DNA of 63,815 bases, counting the filler, from Octopus bimaculoides (taxonomy: Eukaryota), in the NCBI RefSeq assembly GCF_001194135.2. It is 4 parts of 4 records of this genome, joined end to end, with 100 filler letters (N's around TTAATTAATTAA, not from the genome) between each part and the next. Parts side by side here need not be neighbours in the genome. Positions count along the whole stretch, not along the records: positions 1 to 24,572 come from NC_068984.1; 3 more parts are not named here. The stretch is one strand, 5' to 3'. The notes under the pieces were generated by a model that saw nothing but the letters and a program-made list of their open reading frames with translations, was not told the DNA's origin and did not search any database. Both the position numbers and the translations under genes were made by a program. Of this stretch, positions 1 to 14,215 are shown piece after piece (position 1 is the first letter of the stretch; every line of letters starts with the position of its first letter).

Positions 1-46
<46 letters not shown>

Positions 47-52
47 ACACAC

Positions 53-91
<39 letters not shown>

Positions 92-653
92 CGAGACAGA
101 AGGATAGTGAGAGAGAAGAGAGAGAGAGAAAGAAAGAAAGAAAAAGAGAGTTCGCTTGAAAACTTATAGTGGTAAGATCTTGAATAAAGTTGCATGGATA
201 CGTATACCTTGGATGAACTTATAATGCGATTGAACCAACATAGTGCAACAAAATGCGACATCTTAGGATATCTATGCAGTCGAAACACATGCCAGACACA
301 AATTTAAAGTGAATGTATTGTATATAATACTGTAATAAACATGGTTTTCACGATGTACAATTCTCCATTTTTGTTTTATTAATGTTTTGCATGTACACAC
401 ATGCATACACCCCACACCATGTATATATATATACGCACATACGTGCAATCACTCACATACACATATGTATGTGTCAGATATATGATATTGTAAGAAATCT
501 ATGTGATGTATGTCAGATATGTAAAACTGTAAAGAATATAAATGTTAGATAAATATTAGATACACGATATTGTGTGGAGTGTACGAGATATGCGCTACGG
601 TTTACGTTAGATATATGGAATTTCAGTTATATGTGATATTGTAAGATATGTAA

Positions 654-721
<68 letters not shown>

Positions 722-1001
722 AGGCTTATAAATTCTAAAATGGATATAGAAAATACTGAGAAACTGAAAAAGCACTGATTAATATACGTTGGGTAGGTAT
801 AGATGAGGGTGTTTATGTATGTGTGTGTGTATGTGTGGTAATGTGTGTGAGTGTGTCTTGTGTATTTATATGTGTTTTGTATGTATTTACGTGTGTGTGT
901 GTATGTGTGTGTATGTGTCTGTGTATGTTTTGTGTGCAAGTGGTATCTGATTTCGGATATGTTTCTGTGCGTTTCTCTATATTTTCAACTGTTTATGGTG
1001 T

Positions 1002-1051
<50 letters not shown>

Positions 1052-3600
1052 CTTCCTCTCTCCTTCTCTCTCCCTCTCTCTCTCTCGTTCTCTCTTGCTG
1101 TTTGCTTGCATTTCTATTTACATGTGTCTGCCTGTGTCTGCATGCGTGCGTGCGTGTGTGTGTCTGCATGTGTTTATGTGCATGTGAATGTGTTTGCATG
1201 TGCATAGAAATGCATGAACGATCTCAGATTAGTGAATTATTTGTATTTTCAAAGGAGGAATGGTCTTATAGCCTGAGGAATTTCAGAAAACAAAAAAGTA
1301 TCTCGAAATTGATGCCTCCCTGACCTTAATGCCAATCAATATCGAATTTATACAATCATTGAATGCCTTGAAATTGTTTTGTGGCCTCATTGGGTTTTAA
1401 TTTCAAACAGTTTTTTCAAGGTTGTATATAATAATCTTTTTATTACTGCATTGATTTGCAAAGCAGAATCGTTTGAGCATCGTAAAATTTCGGCTCTTTA
1501 CGTTCTGTGTTCAAATCCCGCTGAAGTCAATATGAGTTTCCGTACTTACGAGGTCAATGAAATAAAATAAATAAAATACTAGTTAAAAACTGGGGTCGAA
1601 GGTGTTGACATACCCTCCCCACTCTTAAAATTGCTGACCTTGTGGCTAAATCAGAAATAGCTGTTGTTTTGATTGTAACAGGGATGGTTTAACACATTGG
1701 GTTGCAGGGTAGAGGATGGTAGAGGTGGTAGAACATAAAGGTAGGGAGGGAGGGAGGGAGGGGTAGAATTGGTAGAGTGACAGTGGAGAGGATGGTTGAA
1801 AAGATCCCCGAAAGGTCGACCTATTTTTGGATACGAAGCTAATGTTGGAATTGCAAACCCGAAATGCTTCCAACGTGCTTCTGACGTAAAGTAGACAAAT
1901 AGGTCAACGCCTCCATCAAAAGAGATCATCTCCAAGAACTGTGTGTATTTCATTCCATGGAATATCAGATGATGTAAATGTGGGACGAGTCGCCTTCTAA
2001 AAGGCGACAGGGGTACAAATAAAATTGGAATCTGTGACGCCTCAAAGTAATCAGGAACGGTTGGTCATTTGTGGAGGGTAAAAGAAAGTCACCTACCTTG
2101 GCAGAATAGTATAGAGGACGACAACGTATGATAAGGTGGTTGAATGAATCAGTGTATGTATTGGAGTCTGATATCCACCGCAGTTGGCCCAGTATGGAGA
2201 TGAGCACCTCAGAAAACTATTTAAGAAAGAAAACCTTAAACTTGAGACCCTAAAACCAACGGGTTTAAGGATTTTAATTCCCATTAATTATGAGTCCTAC
2301 AGCACAATAGTTGCAGTGTGGCTGAGTTCAAACCCTGGGTCAGTCACGCTAAACATATTCAAGTTAACAAACTACTGTCTGCATCATAAGTGGTAGGCTA
2401 ATTAAGAAGAATATTCTGAATAGAATGGGAATAATTTACAACTGTCGTAGGTTTTATAAACTGTTTGGTTTCAAATTGCAAGAGCATTTCCAAAAATGAC
2501 AGAAAAAGAGTATAAATAATCCAGCCAATTTAGATATCGAAAGCCAAGACGACCATCACTGGATTTCTAGGCAGAGTAGCGAAGATTAAAAGTGATTAGG
2601 TCATCTATTAATGATTTCTGCATCAAAGACAGGAGTTATTTGCTAATGATCTAGTAAACTCTAATAAACAGATACGTCAGAGATGGGTTGTTTACTAGTG
2701 TAACAGGATTATTAATCCATTACACATTGGTAAACAACGTATCTCTCCGGTAACATTTGTAGACGGACATCAAACGGTTTTGTCGGAAACGTTACAATTC
2801 TTTGATTCCTCAAGGCATAAAATATATTCGACCGTTTGAACTTTTTAAAAGCATTCAGTTTGCGACGTTTCTATGATTTTTATAGCTGTAATGGGCTTTT
2901 AAAGATAGACACAAGGCCACAAATTACGACGGAGTAAAACTGTGATGGTTGTGACATTCAAACCTTTTCTAAATATTATTAACAAAATTAAGTACAATAC
3001 TTCCAGCCAGGAACTCAATTCATCTCCTTCTTTTGATTTGGTTCCGTTTTTTGTTTTTTTTTATGGTGGCGTTTGTTATTAAGTGTAATAATATTAATCA
3101 AAAGAGAACTTATATAAGATTTACAAGGTTGTTATAGTATTTTCCTTTCCCCAGTAGTAATCGGATAAGACAAGTTTCCATTAGTATTACAGAAGACTGT
3201 GTTGGATTAACTTTGTCACGTGGCTATTTTTTATGTTTCCCAGATAAATAATTAAACTAAGACAAGTAACGTTAAATAAAACACAACGCAAGGCAATATC
3301 TTCCATCTTGTTTTGCAAAAGCTACAACGATGAATTATTGATGATATGGTCGTTACTGTTTGGTGTAGAATCCAGTAAACCTTTCTTTCTTTGTTGATCT
3401 TTCGAACTCTAATAATTCTTCAAAGTGGGTGTCTTAAAACATACAAAATGGCACCACAACACTTTCAGATTAATATATTTTCTTACAGAACTTTTTTTTT
3501 ATTTATTTCTTGTTTCTAATGTTTTGATTGTTCGTAAACTTCAAATTAATTCGATATTCGTAAACTTCAAATTAATTATTTCAGAGATTTATAACGAAGC

Positions 3601-3647
<47 letters not shown>

Positions 3648-3816
3648 TCCCACAAATGATTAGAACCAGAAATGTTTTAATCCTTTATCCTGTGTCAGTA
3701 ATCTCAGAGAAATCTTTTTGCGAGCCTCAGTAATTTGTAGCGCAGGATTGATTTTTAAAAATCAAATTATACCTTCGATTCCATAGAGATAATTGAAAAG
3801 ATCTCTTCTTGATTAG

Positions 3817-3938
3817 AAACCTTGGAGTATCGCGACGACCTGATACACTGTGCTCGTAATTCATTCATCTATTCAAATATAAGACAAAACATTTCCATTG
3901 GTTTTGAACTGGAATTGGTCGTTCTGTACGGAATTCTT
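3817..3938 (+). CDS. Candidate exon, unidentified gene
   Basis: cttcttgattag|AA...CTT|gtgagt, 122 nt, only one frame open: TLEYRDDLIHCARNSFIYSNIRQNISIGFELELVVLYGIL. Confidence 0.35.
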
Positions 3939-5470
3939 GTGAGTTGATTTCTGCCAAACTGCTAAGTAATGAAATGCGAATATTCAAGAGCTGGCAAATT
4001 ATTGGTTTCGTCATTAGCTGTTTTTAAGAGAAAATACTATTTAGATATCCTCGGGAGTCCTTCTGGGAGAGGAATTAAACACGCGGGAAGCGGAGACCAG
4101 ATCTCAATTTTAAGGCTTGCTTGACGTTCATGGGATTTTGAATGGTATAAACTTCCCATTTCCCTTGACAACAAAATGTTTTGTCTTGCATAATGAGTAA
4201 ATAAATAATACATAAAAAAAGCAAAAATGAAAGTCATTCCTTGGACAAAGAAGTGAAGATTGTATCTCATCACAGTTTCTACATAGTTGTTATTGTATGT
4301 AATATATATGAAAAAGTATTTTCAATACCAACGTACAAAACAACCAACATCAATAACAACGACAACAACAAAACGGATGATTTAACGAGGATCAGTCAAC
4401 ATATAAGATAACATGGAAAGAAGACGTTTTGGAAAACCCAATGTCTTTAAATGGTGCCAGATATGCGGACCGATCACAGAATATCTTATTTCTCTAACAT
4501 GGCGGCTTCATTGCTTGAGGTTTCAACTTTAATAAGAATTGCTGAGATTTGAAATGAAAACCCATCATTTCACATGGAGGGAAATTTTATCAAACGTTAC
4601 TTTCAGCATCTTCTATTGGACTGCTAATATACGTACATACATACATTCATACATACATACATGCATACACACACACACAAAACACACACACACACATATA
4701 TATACATACATGCATACATATACATATATATGTATGCATGTATATACGTATGTATTTGTAGACGCATACACACATATTTACGAACCCTATATCGGGGGAG
4801 TGTATGTGATACAGAGAGAGAGAGAGAGAGGGGGAGGGAGGGAGTTATAAGAATGGAAATAACTGGTAGCATGTATATATATTTTCCAATTCTATGAAAT
4901 AATGATTATTTGGTCTTGAATATGAAGAGATTGGTAATCCGATTCCGGTTAGTAATACTATTGACACGTTTATATTATTCTATCATCATAATGCACATTC
5001 CAAAAATGGAACACGCAATATCGAAGAATTAAGTAATTCTGCATGAAATCAATTCTTGAGACAATTAACTCTGTGTCATTCTGATTGGTGTTTCGTCACT
5101 TCGGTCTATTGGCTGCACGCTAGGAATTTATTGCTGCAAATATTCCATTTCTTCGCAGTTATATAATCCAAACTTCAGCAGTGAATATAACATCAATACC
5201 AGTGATATATTGGTGTTAACAGGTTCAATCATCTGTCAGAAATAGAGTCAAAGTAGAAAAATCATCGAAATAGACAGAATTGTGGTGTTATTTGATAGCC
5301 AGAATTATGGTGTAATTATGGGAAAGTCTGTTGAGATATAAGATATAACGAGTTTGAATTTTTTGTTAGCAAGAGATAGAGGTGAAAAATACCAAAAGTC
5401 AATGCAAACATCATTTGTGAAAAAATATGCTGTAATATTGTGAATATTATAAGGCGGTGATTGGGTAGAA

Positions 5471-5612
5471 GTGAAGGCGGCGAGCTGGCAGAAACGTTAG
5501 CAAGCCGGGCGAAATGCTTAGCGGTATTTCGTCTGTCTTTACGTTCTGAGTTCAAATTCCACTGAAGTCGACTTTGACTTTCATCTTTTCGGATTAAATT
5601 AAGTACCAGTAC
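5471..5612 (+). mobile_element. tRNA-derived SINE, abundant family
   Basis: ggcggcgagctggcagaaacgttagc...ctgagttcaaattcc (A/B-box-like). Copies at about 1461-1650 (+), 6448-6660 (+), 13140-13240 (-), 15590-15700 (-) and 36310-36555 (-). Confidence 0.85.
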
Positions 5613-6791
5613 TGTGCCTAGATTAGAAAAGAATATTGTGAATATTATATAAATAATATCTAACAATATGTTTCCAGGGTCACAAATGTACGAAGAGGGT
5701 GTGCTGGGATTTAGAAGGGTGGATAAATAAATACCAAAGAATATATTGTCCACTCTCCTATCATTTTCATGAATATTAGAAATTAATCTGAAACAATTTC
5801 TTTTATTAAGTATTTCTGTTTTAACGAACGTTTAAATGGTTTCCATAGCATGTAAATAACATTTGTATATTTTCATAACACACACACAAGCATACACACA
5901 AACATGCGCTTGCCAGAGGACGACTCCTCTTCGATATACACAAAAGATAGCTGCGATTAATACGGTTTGGTGCTAAAGAAATGATTGCTGACCAAGAGCA
6001 GCAGAATTCAGAGAGCCAAAAGACAGTTATCGCTATTGGATCTACAAAATGTAACGTAATGATAAAAATCATCTTTAAATAAATATTCATTCCATCTACG
6101 TCTTAGATTCAACATTCTAATCCTCTAGCATTCATGTGCTTGGACGCAGACCAAGTTGGAGCTTAAAATGCTTGCCTCGCATTCTCGAAATCCGGGATTC
6201 CTTCTCACTGGATAAGTGTCATTTACCAAAGCCTCCGATAAACGCAAACTTTCTGTCAGAAATATAGATTTTTAAATTTTTAATTGCTATTAGATTAATC
6301 GCTGGCTGGTTAAGAGATTATCTTTAAACCAGAAACTTGGTCTGAATGTTTACCACAAAGTGGGCACTAGTGGCTGTAGATGGAGGACTGATTAATCCTT
6401 CCATTCACAAATGAGTATTCTTGAAACATTTTACGTTCTCTTTCAAGGCTGTCAGCTGGGAGAATCGTTAGCACAGCGGCAGAAAATGCTTAGCGGCATT
6501 TCAATCGTCTTTACGTTCTGAGTTCGCATTCCACCCAGGTTAATATAGTTTTCCATTGTTTTTTTCGGAGCCGATAAAATAAGTACCGTTTAAGCACTGG
6601 GGTCGAGGTAATCGACTTGCTTCCTTCCCCTCTGCCAAAGTTGGAAGCCGTTATTTTTCAATATTACATTACATTTGTTTCGTTAGTGTGGAGCAGATGC
6701 AGGATTGGCACCTCTTCACTAAGTAGTAAGGAATACAGGCTCCCAGGGATAAAATGTTACCATTTCACATAGCATTTCTTTTATGGCACAG

Positions 6792-6822
6792 CAGAATATG
6801 ACGTCAAAATGCCACCGCATTG
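6792..6822 (+). CDS. Candidate short exon, unidentified gene
   Basis: ttttatggcacag|CA...TG|gtgagg, phase 1-2, EYDVKMPPH(W). Confidence 0.25.
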
Positions 6823-7164
6823 GTGAGGCATTTTTCTGCAGAGCATCCTTGCATGGATTCTTCAAGTTTGTCTCTTAAAACAATAGAAACAATTAGAATG
6901 GAAATGCTTGTATTAGATCGAGACATTTATTAATATACGTGAGCCTCATATGTGTGTATGAGTCTGTGTATGCGTGTGAATATATAGTTATACATGTATG
7001 CATACACACACATACACAGACACACGTATATATGTACATGTATGCACGTCTAATTGATATATTAATTATACACACACATATATATATATTCAAAGAAACT
7101 AATTTCAACATATATACACTCGCAGGTTTTGGCATTTTCACACAGACACACTCTCCCATTCTCT

Positions 7165-7279
<115 letters not shown>

Positions 7280-7791
7280 ACACATTCATATACATGTATG
7301 AGTGATTAGCGTGCTGGTAGTGTCTGCAGTGTGTGTGTAGTGGTGTGGAGGAATCTACGTGCATGTAGTGTGTGTGTGTGCGTGTGTGTGTGTACATGGA
7401 AGTATGTATGTGCTTGTATCCGTTACCGTCTGGTTTTCTAGTATAGTTGTCCCAAATATCATCTACACCCCAAAATACAAGTAATTAGTTGAAAATGTTT
7501 TGTTTGTTTTTATACGTATGCTTGTTGGTTAATTTGTAACGATTTCCTGTCAGCTAGGGGTCACTTAAGAACTTTATTGAAGCGAACAGCAATCTGACAC
7601 TCGAGCACACGCTTGCTTAATTCTTATGTCAATAAACGCCCCCTTACCAAGAAAATAGAGTTTCAGGAAATAGTCTCTACTGCGCTTAGGCCTTAATCTA
7701 CACCAGGCACTGGGTACAGGGCTTTGCTTTCAATTCCAGATAACACCTCAATACTATTTAGAGCCTGCTGATTTAAAAAAAAAAATTTCTG

Positions 7792-7836
<45 letters not shown>

Positions 7837-8109
7837 TTTTTGTCTTGTTTTACTTCTCAGAGCTCACGGTCTTACTTACTCAGGTTGATTTCGTGAGAGA
7901 GAACAGCAGCCTTTGTCAGAGCTCTCACAAGTTCTCATTCCGCAAATTATAAGCTTTGGTTTCTGAATGTTAACTTATCGTAGAAGACACTCAACACCCA
8001 AGCACCAATCGCAAAATCCTAGCTAACCCTAATAGAGCAGTTTTGGGGGAACGATCTACCATCATGGCAATTCCTATTTCTCCGACATATTTTTCGAATC
8101 TGGTTGTTA

Positions 8110-8140
<31 letters not shown>

Positions 8141-8143
<3 letters not shown>

Positions 8144-8493
8144 CGAAAACAATACCTATTGTCATAGGTGCCCTGGGAATGACGGCGAAACGGGCTGATT
8201 ACTACCTAGATCAGATTCCAGGAAACCCCAAAATGGCTGAAGTTCAAAAGATAGTGCTCATGGGAACTGCCCATATCCTACGTAAAATACTGTCTATGTG
8301 ATCTCAAATTTTAAAGCAAACACATAATTTTCTTATGGTTTCTTAAACATTCACTTGAACAAAACTGTACAAATCCAAATATATGGTACCCTAGGCATAA
8401 CACCTACATGAACTTCTAACTTGTTGTCTCTTGAGGTCTCTGGGTGAGACTTGGATCCAACTTGTACAAATGCAAAACAAAAGTCAAACATAA
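8141..8493 (+). mobile_element. 5'-truncated R4/Dong-like non-LTR element flanked by (TAA)n
   Basis: TIPIVIGALG...IPG...EVQKIVLMGTAHILRKILSM* is the C-terminus typical of R4/Dong ORFs; about 190-nt 3' UTR; (TAA)n at 8111-8140 and from about 8494. Confidence 0.8.
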
Positions 8494-8530
8494 AATAATA
8501 ATAATAATAATAATAACAATAATAATAACT

Positions 8531-8566
<36 letters not shown>

Positions 8567-9344
8567 GTCATTATCATCATTACCAGCAACTGCTGTCTCC
8601 GTCATCATCAGAAACACAAAAACTACCATATCCAACAACTTACTAGTGAAAACAACAACCACAGCAACAACTACCAAGACATTCTCATCTGCCCAACTTC
8701 ACCCCGAAAGGCTTGTATTGTTCCGAGGGCCAAGTACGGAAGATCATATTTACCCGGAATGCCGCGCTATAATATCGAACCCAAGACCACAGAATTGTGA
8801 AGCCCATCGTTAGGTCGCGCACAGAGCCAGGTACGTAGATGTAATTGTGTCCTTAGCAACTGAAATGCTGGACATCTACCGAGAGATTAGTGTCCCTCAC
8901 TCTGAATGGCTGCGTTGAAGATGAGAGCCAGAAATATTGGAAATAAATGGTCTGGTTTCTATTGGAATGGCACTGAAGGTGAAAGACATTTGATGTGCTT
9001 GGTGAAGACATCGGAGATATAAAGAGAGCGAAATAGAGAGAGAAATGGGTTTTCGGTAGAGAAGCTGTACGATTTTGGCAGACCAGTGGCCAATATTGGC
9101 GACGATATAACAGTACATTGCTGGACTGAGGAATCGGAGATGGTCTGGAATATTCAATGTGGGTTGTCTGTGGAGAGAAAGAAATGGTTGGGAAGAGAGA
9201 GAGAGAGAGGGAGAGAGAGAGAGGGGGAGAGAGAGAGAGAGAGAGAGAGGGAGGGAAGGGGTTGGCACGGAAGTATAGGGGAAGAAAAAGGAATAGAAAT
9301 GCACGTTTATTGAAGGAAATGGGAGTATGGTGGATTTATGAATG

Positions 9345-9370
9345 ACGATCGTAGTAGTAGTAGTTGTAGC

Positions 9371-9421
<51 letters not shown>

Positions 9422-9700
9422 TGCGGTAGTAGTTGCGGTAGTAGTTGTGGTAGTAGTTGTGGTAGTAGTTGTGCTAACTGAAACATGTGGTTTGGCGTTA
9501 GTAGTTTAGAAGTGCGCGCAATTTCTCAATGAACCACGGCTGTGACAACTTGCTGTCTACTTCTCCTCACACTGCCACCCTTACCTCTCATCCTGCAACT
9601 ACAATCACTAGGCTGACGACCAGCATAAACCTACAACTATTACTACTGCTGCTACAGCTACTGCTGCTGCTACTGCTGCTGCTGCTGCTGCTGCTGCTGA
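9345..9700. repeat. Compound (GTA)n/(GTG)n/(CTG)n trinucleotide tracts
   Basis: Direct reading. Similar tracts at 7790-7836, 10830-11040 and 16898-16985. Confidence 0.95.
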
Positions 9701-10018
9701 TGGTGTATTACAACCCTCATACTAAAAATTCCCTCACACCCACCCAATTATGAATTACCCCCCCCCCATAACCATAACGCCCGCTGTTCCCTCCTTCTCC
9801 TTCCCTCGTTCCCCTCCTCCCACCTCCACTCAAGGTTCATTGATCCAGGGCCTCGAAGAAATTACTTCAATCTCTTTTCTGCCTTTTATGCTTTACGTCT
9901 TTCCTTCTTTCTTTCTTACATTCACTATTTTCCATGTCCTGTCTATTTTCAACACACGCGCGCGCGTACACACACACACACATGTAAGTATCTATGTGTG
10001 TGTGCTTATGCATGTATG

Positions 10019-10092
<74 letters not shown>

Positions 10093-10350
10093 TGTGTGTG
10101 TATATGTACATGCATATATAGGAATACATATGCATATACACATATATATGTTTGTGTGTATATATATATTTATATATATATGTATGTATACCATATATAC
10201 CATATATAATTATATATTCATACATATATATATATATTTGGTGAAACATTGCAAACTGCTGTTTATTTTAATTATATATATATATGTGTGTGTGTGTGTG
10301 TATAAATCATATATATATATGCATATATGTATATATATAAATCATATATA

Positions 10351-10404
<54 letters not shown>

Positions 10405-10613
10405 NNNNNNNNNNNNNNNNNNNNNNNNNNNNNNNNNNNNNNNNNNNNNNNNNNNNNNNNNNNNNNNNNNNNNNNNNNNNNNNNNNNNNNNNNNNNNNNN
10501 NNNNNNNNNNNNNNNNNNNNNNNNNNNNNNNNNNNNNNNNNNNNNNNNNNNNNNNNNNNNNNNNNNNNNNNNNNNNNNNNNNNNNNNNNNNNNNNNNNNN
10601 NNNNNNNNNNNNN

Positions 10614-10644
<31 letters not shown>

Positions 10645-11384
10645 TATACCGTGCATATAGTATCGTATGGTAATGTCTTTATATATGTGCACTTATGTCT
10701 CTTTCTCTCTCTCTCACCCTCTCTCTCTCTCTCTCTCTCTCACTCTGTCACTGTGTGTTGTCTTGGTTTACCCCGCCGTCACCACAATCACCGTCACCGT
10801 TTCCTTCACCAGTTATGGTGTACTATAGTCATACCACCACCACCACCACCACCACCACCACCAACAGCAACAACACTAAAATCGTCAACACCACCATAAC
10901 AACCATCAACATCACCACAACCAGCAACGCCACCACTACTGCAACCACCAGCAACACCACCTCCACCAATGTTGCAGCAACCCCGCCAACACCATCATCA
11001 CAGCAAGCACCAATGCTGCCCCCACCACCACTATCACTGCAACAAGAAACACCAATACCATCCGATGCCCTGACAGTAGAGCGATCACACACACGAACCC
11101 ACACACATACACACACACATACACACACAGAGCACACAGTACATCCATACACACTTTCATGCACACACACACATACACACACACAGCACGCACATAGACA
11201 CTCGTACACTCAGACGCACACGCACACTAATAGATGCCTTTTTAACGCAATATCAATATCCAGCGACATCAATTATGTCTTTCTCAAACTGCATCTTCAT
11301 CTCAAAATTTACCAGAGTTGTTTTAAAACAAATTCACCGTGAGTGTGTGTGTGTGTGTGCGTTCGTGCGTGTCTGTAGATAAGA

Positions 11385-11397
11385 CAGACAGACAGAC

Positions 11398-11455
<58 letters not shown>

Positions 11456-11485
11456 CTAGGTAGATGGATAGATAGATAGACAGAA
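11385..11485. repeat. (GATA)n microsatellite
   Basis: Direct reading. (CTAT)n at 19871-19954; (CATA/TATG)n at 13768-13860 and 21435-21520; (TTTC)n at 3601-3648. Confidence 0.97.
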
Positions 11486-12132
11486 GGNNNNNNNNNNNNN
11501 NNNNNNNNNNNNNNNNNNNNNNNNNNNNNNNNNNNNNNNNNNNNNNNNNNNNNNNNNNNNNNNNNNNNNNNNNNNNNNNNNNNNNNNNNNNNNNNNNNNN
11601 NNNNNNNNNNNNNNNNNNNNNNNNNNNNNNNNNNNNNNNNNNNNNNNNNNNNNNNNNNNNNNNNNNNNNNNNNNNNNNNNNNNNNNNNNNNNNNNNNNNN
11701 NNNNNNNNNNNNNNNNNNNNNNNNNNNNNNNNNNNNNNNNNNNNNNNNNNNNNNNNNNNNNNNNNNNNNNNNNNNNNNNNNNNNNNNNNNNNNNNNNNNN
11801 NNNNNNNNNNNNNNNNNNNNNNNNNNNNNNNNNNNNNNNNNNNNNNNNNNNNNNNNNNNNNNNNNNNNNNNNNNNNNNNNNNNNNNNNNNNNNNNNNNNN
11901 NNNNNNNNNNNNNNNNNNNNNNNNNNNNNNNNNNNNNNNNNNNNNNNNNAGTAGTGGATCAACCCACTACACAGAGGATTCCAAGGTGGCAAACACAAAC
12001 CAAGACAGGAAAAATTGGACAGTGAAAACAACATTCAAAAGCCGTACGGCCAAACGCAAATCTGAGGTAGAACGCTAGTAGTTCGTCTTGCCTTCACAGC
12101 GGCTGGAGTGAAAAGAAAGTTGACCACAGGTC

Positions 12133-12165
<33 letters not shown>

Positions 12166-13065
12166 TAGATAAACAGATAAATATAGCTATAGATAGATAG
12201 ATAGATACTGATACAAGTTAGGAGAAAAGAGATTTACATATTCAGGTTCCATCATACAGTTAATCACATCTTTCTTTGCCCGTACCGACACGTGTTTCCG
12301 CTGCAAGCCAGTGCACACTGCTTGATAAACTGAATAAAATAAGAATTCAACTTTACACTGATGGAATGATAAGATAGAATAGGTATTGGAACTTCAATAC
12401 ATTAGCGAGTGTTGACCTAGTTTCGGACAGGAAGTGGCTTGATTTCTCACTAGCCAGGTTGAAAACTTCAAAATATATAATTATTATTTGTAAGATTAAC
12501 ATCTCCTGCATGAGCAATTTTGGTATCTGACATGTAGTTAAATTTTACCTTGATGAAGCAGTACCAGTAACTAACACCAAAACGCTTAGAACGATACTGA
12601 GAAAGAGAGATGGGATTAACTGTATGATTAAACCTGGATATGTAAATCTCTGTTCTATTTTTTATTAATTATTATTTCTTCTCTACCGACACTATACATT
12701 CTCTATAGAGACATTTGAATTTATCAAAGTGATGATCTACCGAGTAGAGTAAACTAACTGGAATCCATCTACATTCAGTGCTCCACCCAAAACGTCATAA
12801 AACCACCAGTCACTATGTAGGCCTGAACCTTCCAGTTCGATAGGGAGTGAGAAATGTTGTGGGAGTCATAGCAGTTATTTTCTTCTGCAGAATTGGGAAT
12901 TTATGTAGTCTGATGTGCACTGTACCATGAAATGATAATAACAATCTGGTGCGTTTATTTTAATGGCCTACTAATGTATACAATACGTTTCTCTACCCTA
13001 TGTGTCAGGAAGACACTCGGCAAGAAATGGAAACAGAATTGAAAGAAGATGCTAATGAAAATAAA

Positions 13066-13143
<78 letters not shown>

Positions 13144-13239
13144 TTTACCAAACCTGGAAAGATGGAAGGTAAAGTCGACCTCTGCGGAATTTGAACTCAG
13201 AACATAAAGATCCTGAATAAATGCTGCAAATCATTTTGT

Positions 13240-13770
13240 TTGAAGCACTAATAGGCATTCATAGAAGTTGGGGGTTTCGAGCAGTTGTCCATAGATATCC
13301 TCTTTTTTTTTCTGATTTTCAAAGAGATATTTATATCTGCAGGGCAACTGACCTCTATGTTGGTGCATACCTTTACCCTTCTGTCCCAAACAACAATATC
13401 TGGCCAGAAGTCTTGATGGAAATATCCCACCAGTATTCCTTGAGTTGGAGTTTATGAATGTATTCCATAACAAAGGGATTTTCTAAGTTTATTTCAGGAC
13501 TGTCTTTTTGGGGGATGACATTGTAAATTGTTTTAGCAACAACATCGTGCCGCATAGGGAGGTAGTACCGTGACGACATTTTAAGACAGCTGCTAATGAC
13601 ACGCGTGATGTGTTCCACAGAAATATGACATGGCCTACACATGCAATTGCACCTTGGGATTACAAGAGCATCACTGTCTCTCTTGTTCCCCAGGTACTTT
13701 GTGGCAATCTCCTGTTCCTGGATTGCAAACGCATAGCCCTCAAAGTGTGATGTGATGTAGTGGCCTTGTA
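13240..13770 (-). mobile_element. R4/Dong-like fragment (zinc knuckle + restriction-like endonuclease)
   Basis: ITSHFEGYAFAIQEQEI, CRPCH.SVEHIT..ISSC...RHDVVAK, WWDISIKT and PDIVVWD...IEVSCPAD (frameshifted). Confidence 0.85.
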
Positions 13771-14160
13771 TGTATGTATGTATGTATGTATGTATGTATG
13801 TATGTATGTATATATGTGTGTATGTATGTATGTGTGTATGTATGTGTGTATGTATGTATGTTTCTTTGTATTTCATTTTAAGTTTTTTTTCCTTTGTAAA
13901 CTTCAAGGCTGTCACTAACAAAGTGACAAGACCCCTTTGTTTAAGTGAAACCAGCTCTTGGAGGTTTGTAATTACCTGCATCGGTTAATGTATGCATATA
14001 AGTTGTTGCTGTTCCTGTTTAAGCCCAGGCCAGTCCCGAAATCGTTCTTGTCGTGGTTATCTCGCTCTTTTTATATCTGCAATGGAACCGATTGATATAT
14101 TATCCAACGAATCTTTTCTATGGTGTTATTTGAGGGAGATTTGGTCGCTATTTCTCGTAG

Positions 14161-14215
14161 GTTTCCTGATGAAAGGGGAGTTGGAGGAAGCATGAATTAC
14201 CGAAAGTTCTATATC
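14161..14215 (+). CDS. Candidate exon, unidentified gene
   Basis: tttctcgtag|G...ATC|gtaaga, phase 2-0, FPDERGVGGSMNYRKFYI. Confidence 0.3.

Noticed and set aside
718-1323. Long ORFs rich in VC/HT/YI/SL/ER dipeptides here and at about 6900-7300, 9750-11340 and 61700-63800
   Set aside because: Translations of dinucleotide microsatellites, which lack stop codons.
1741-1764. (GGGA)n G-quadruplex-capable tract
   Set aside because: Simple microsatellite with no supporting functional context.
4496-5112. AACATGGCGGC (YY1/start-like) at 4496 and two ATTGG (CCAAT) boxes at 5084 and 5108
   Set aside because: Short motifs expected by chance. No convincing first exon follows, and they conflict with the upstream exon candidate. 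Needs TSS data.
9061-9160. Protein-like frame KLYDFGRPVANIGDDITVHCWTEESEMVWNIQ
   Set aside because: Weak splice sites, open frames on both strands, and no family match I can name.
12340-12600. TTGATGA...CAAAAC and CTGATGG motifs resembling hammerheads
   Set aside because: Core nucleotides are mutated and the stems do not pair; at most a very old Penelope relic.
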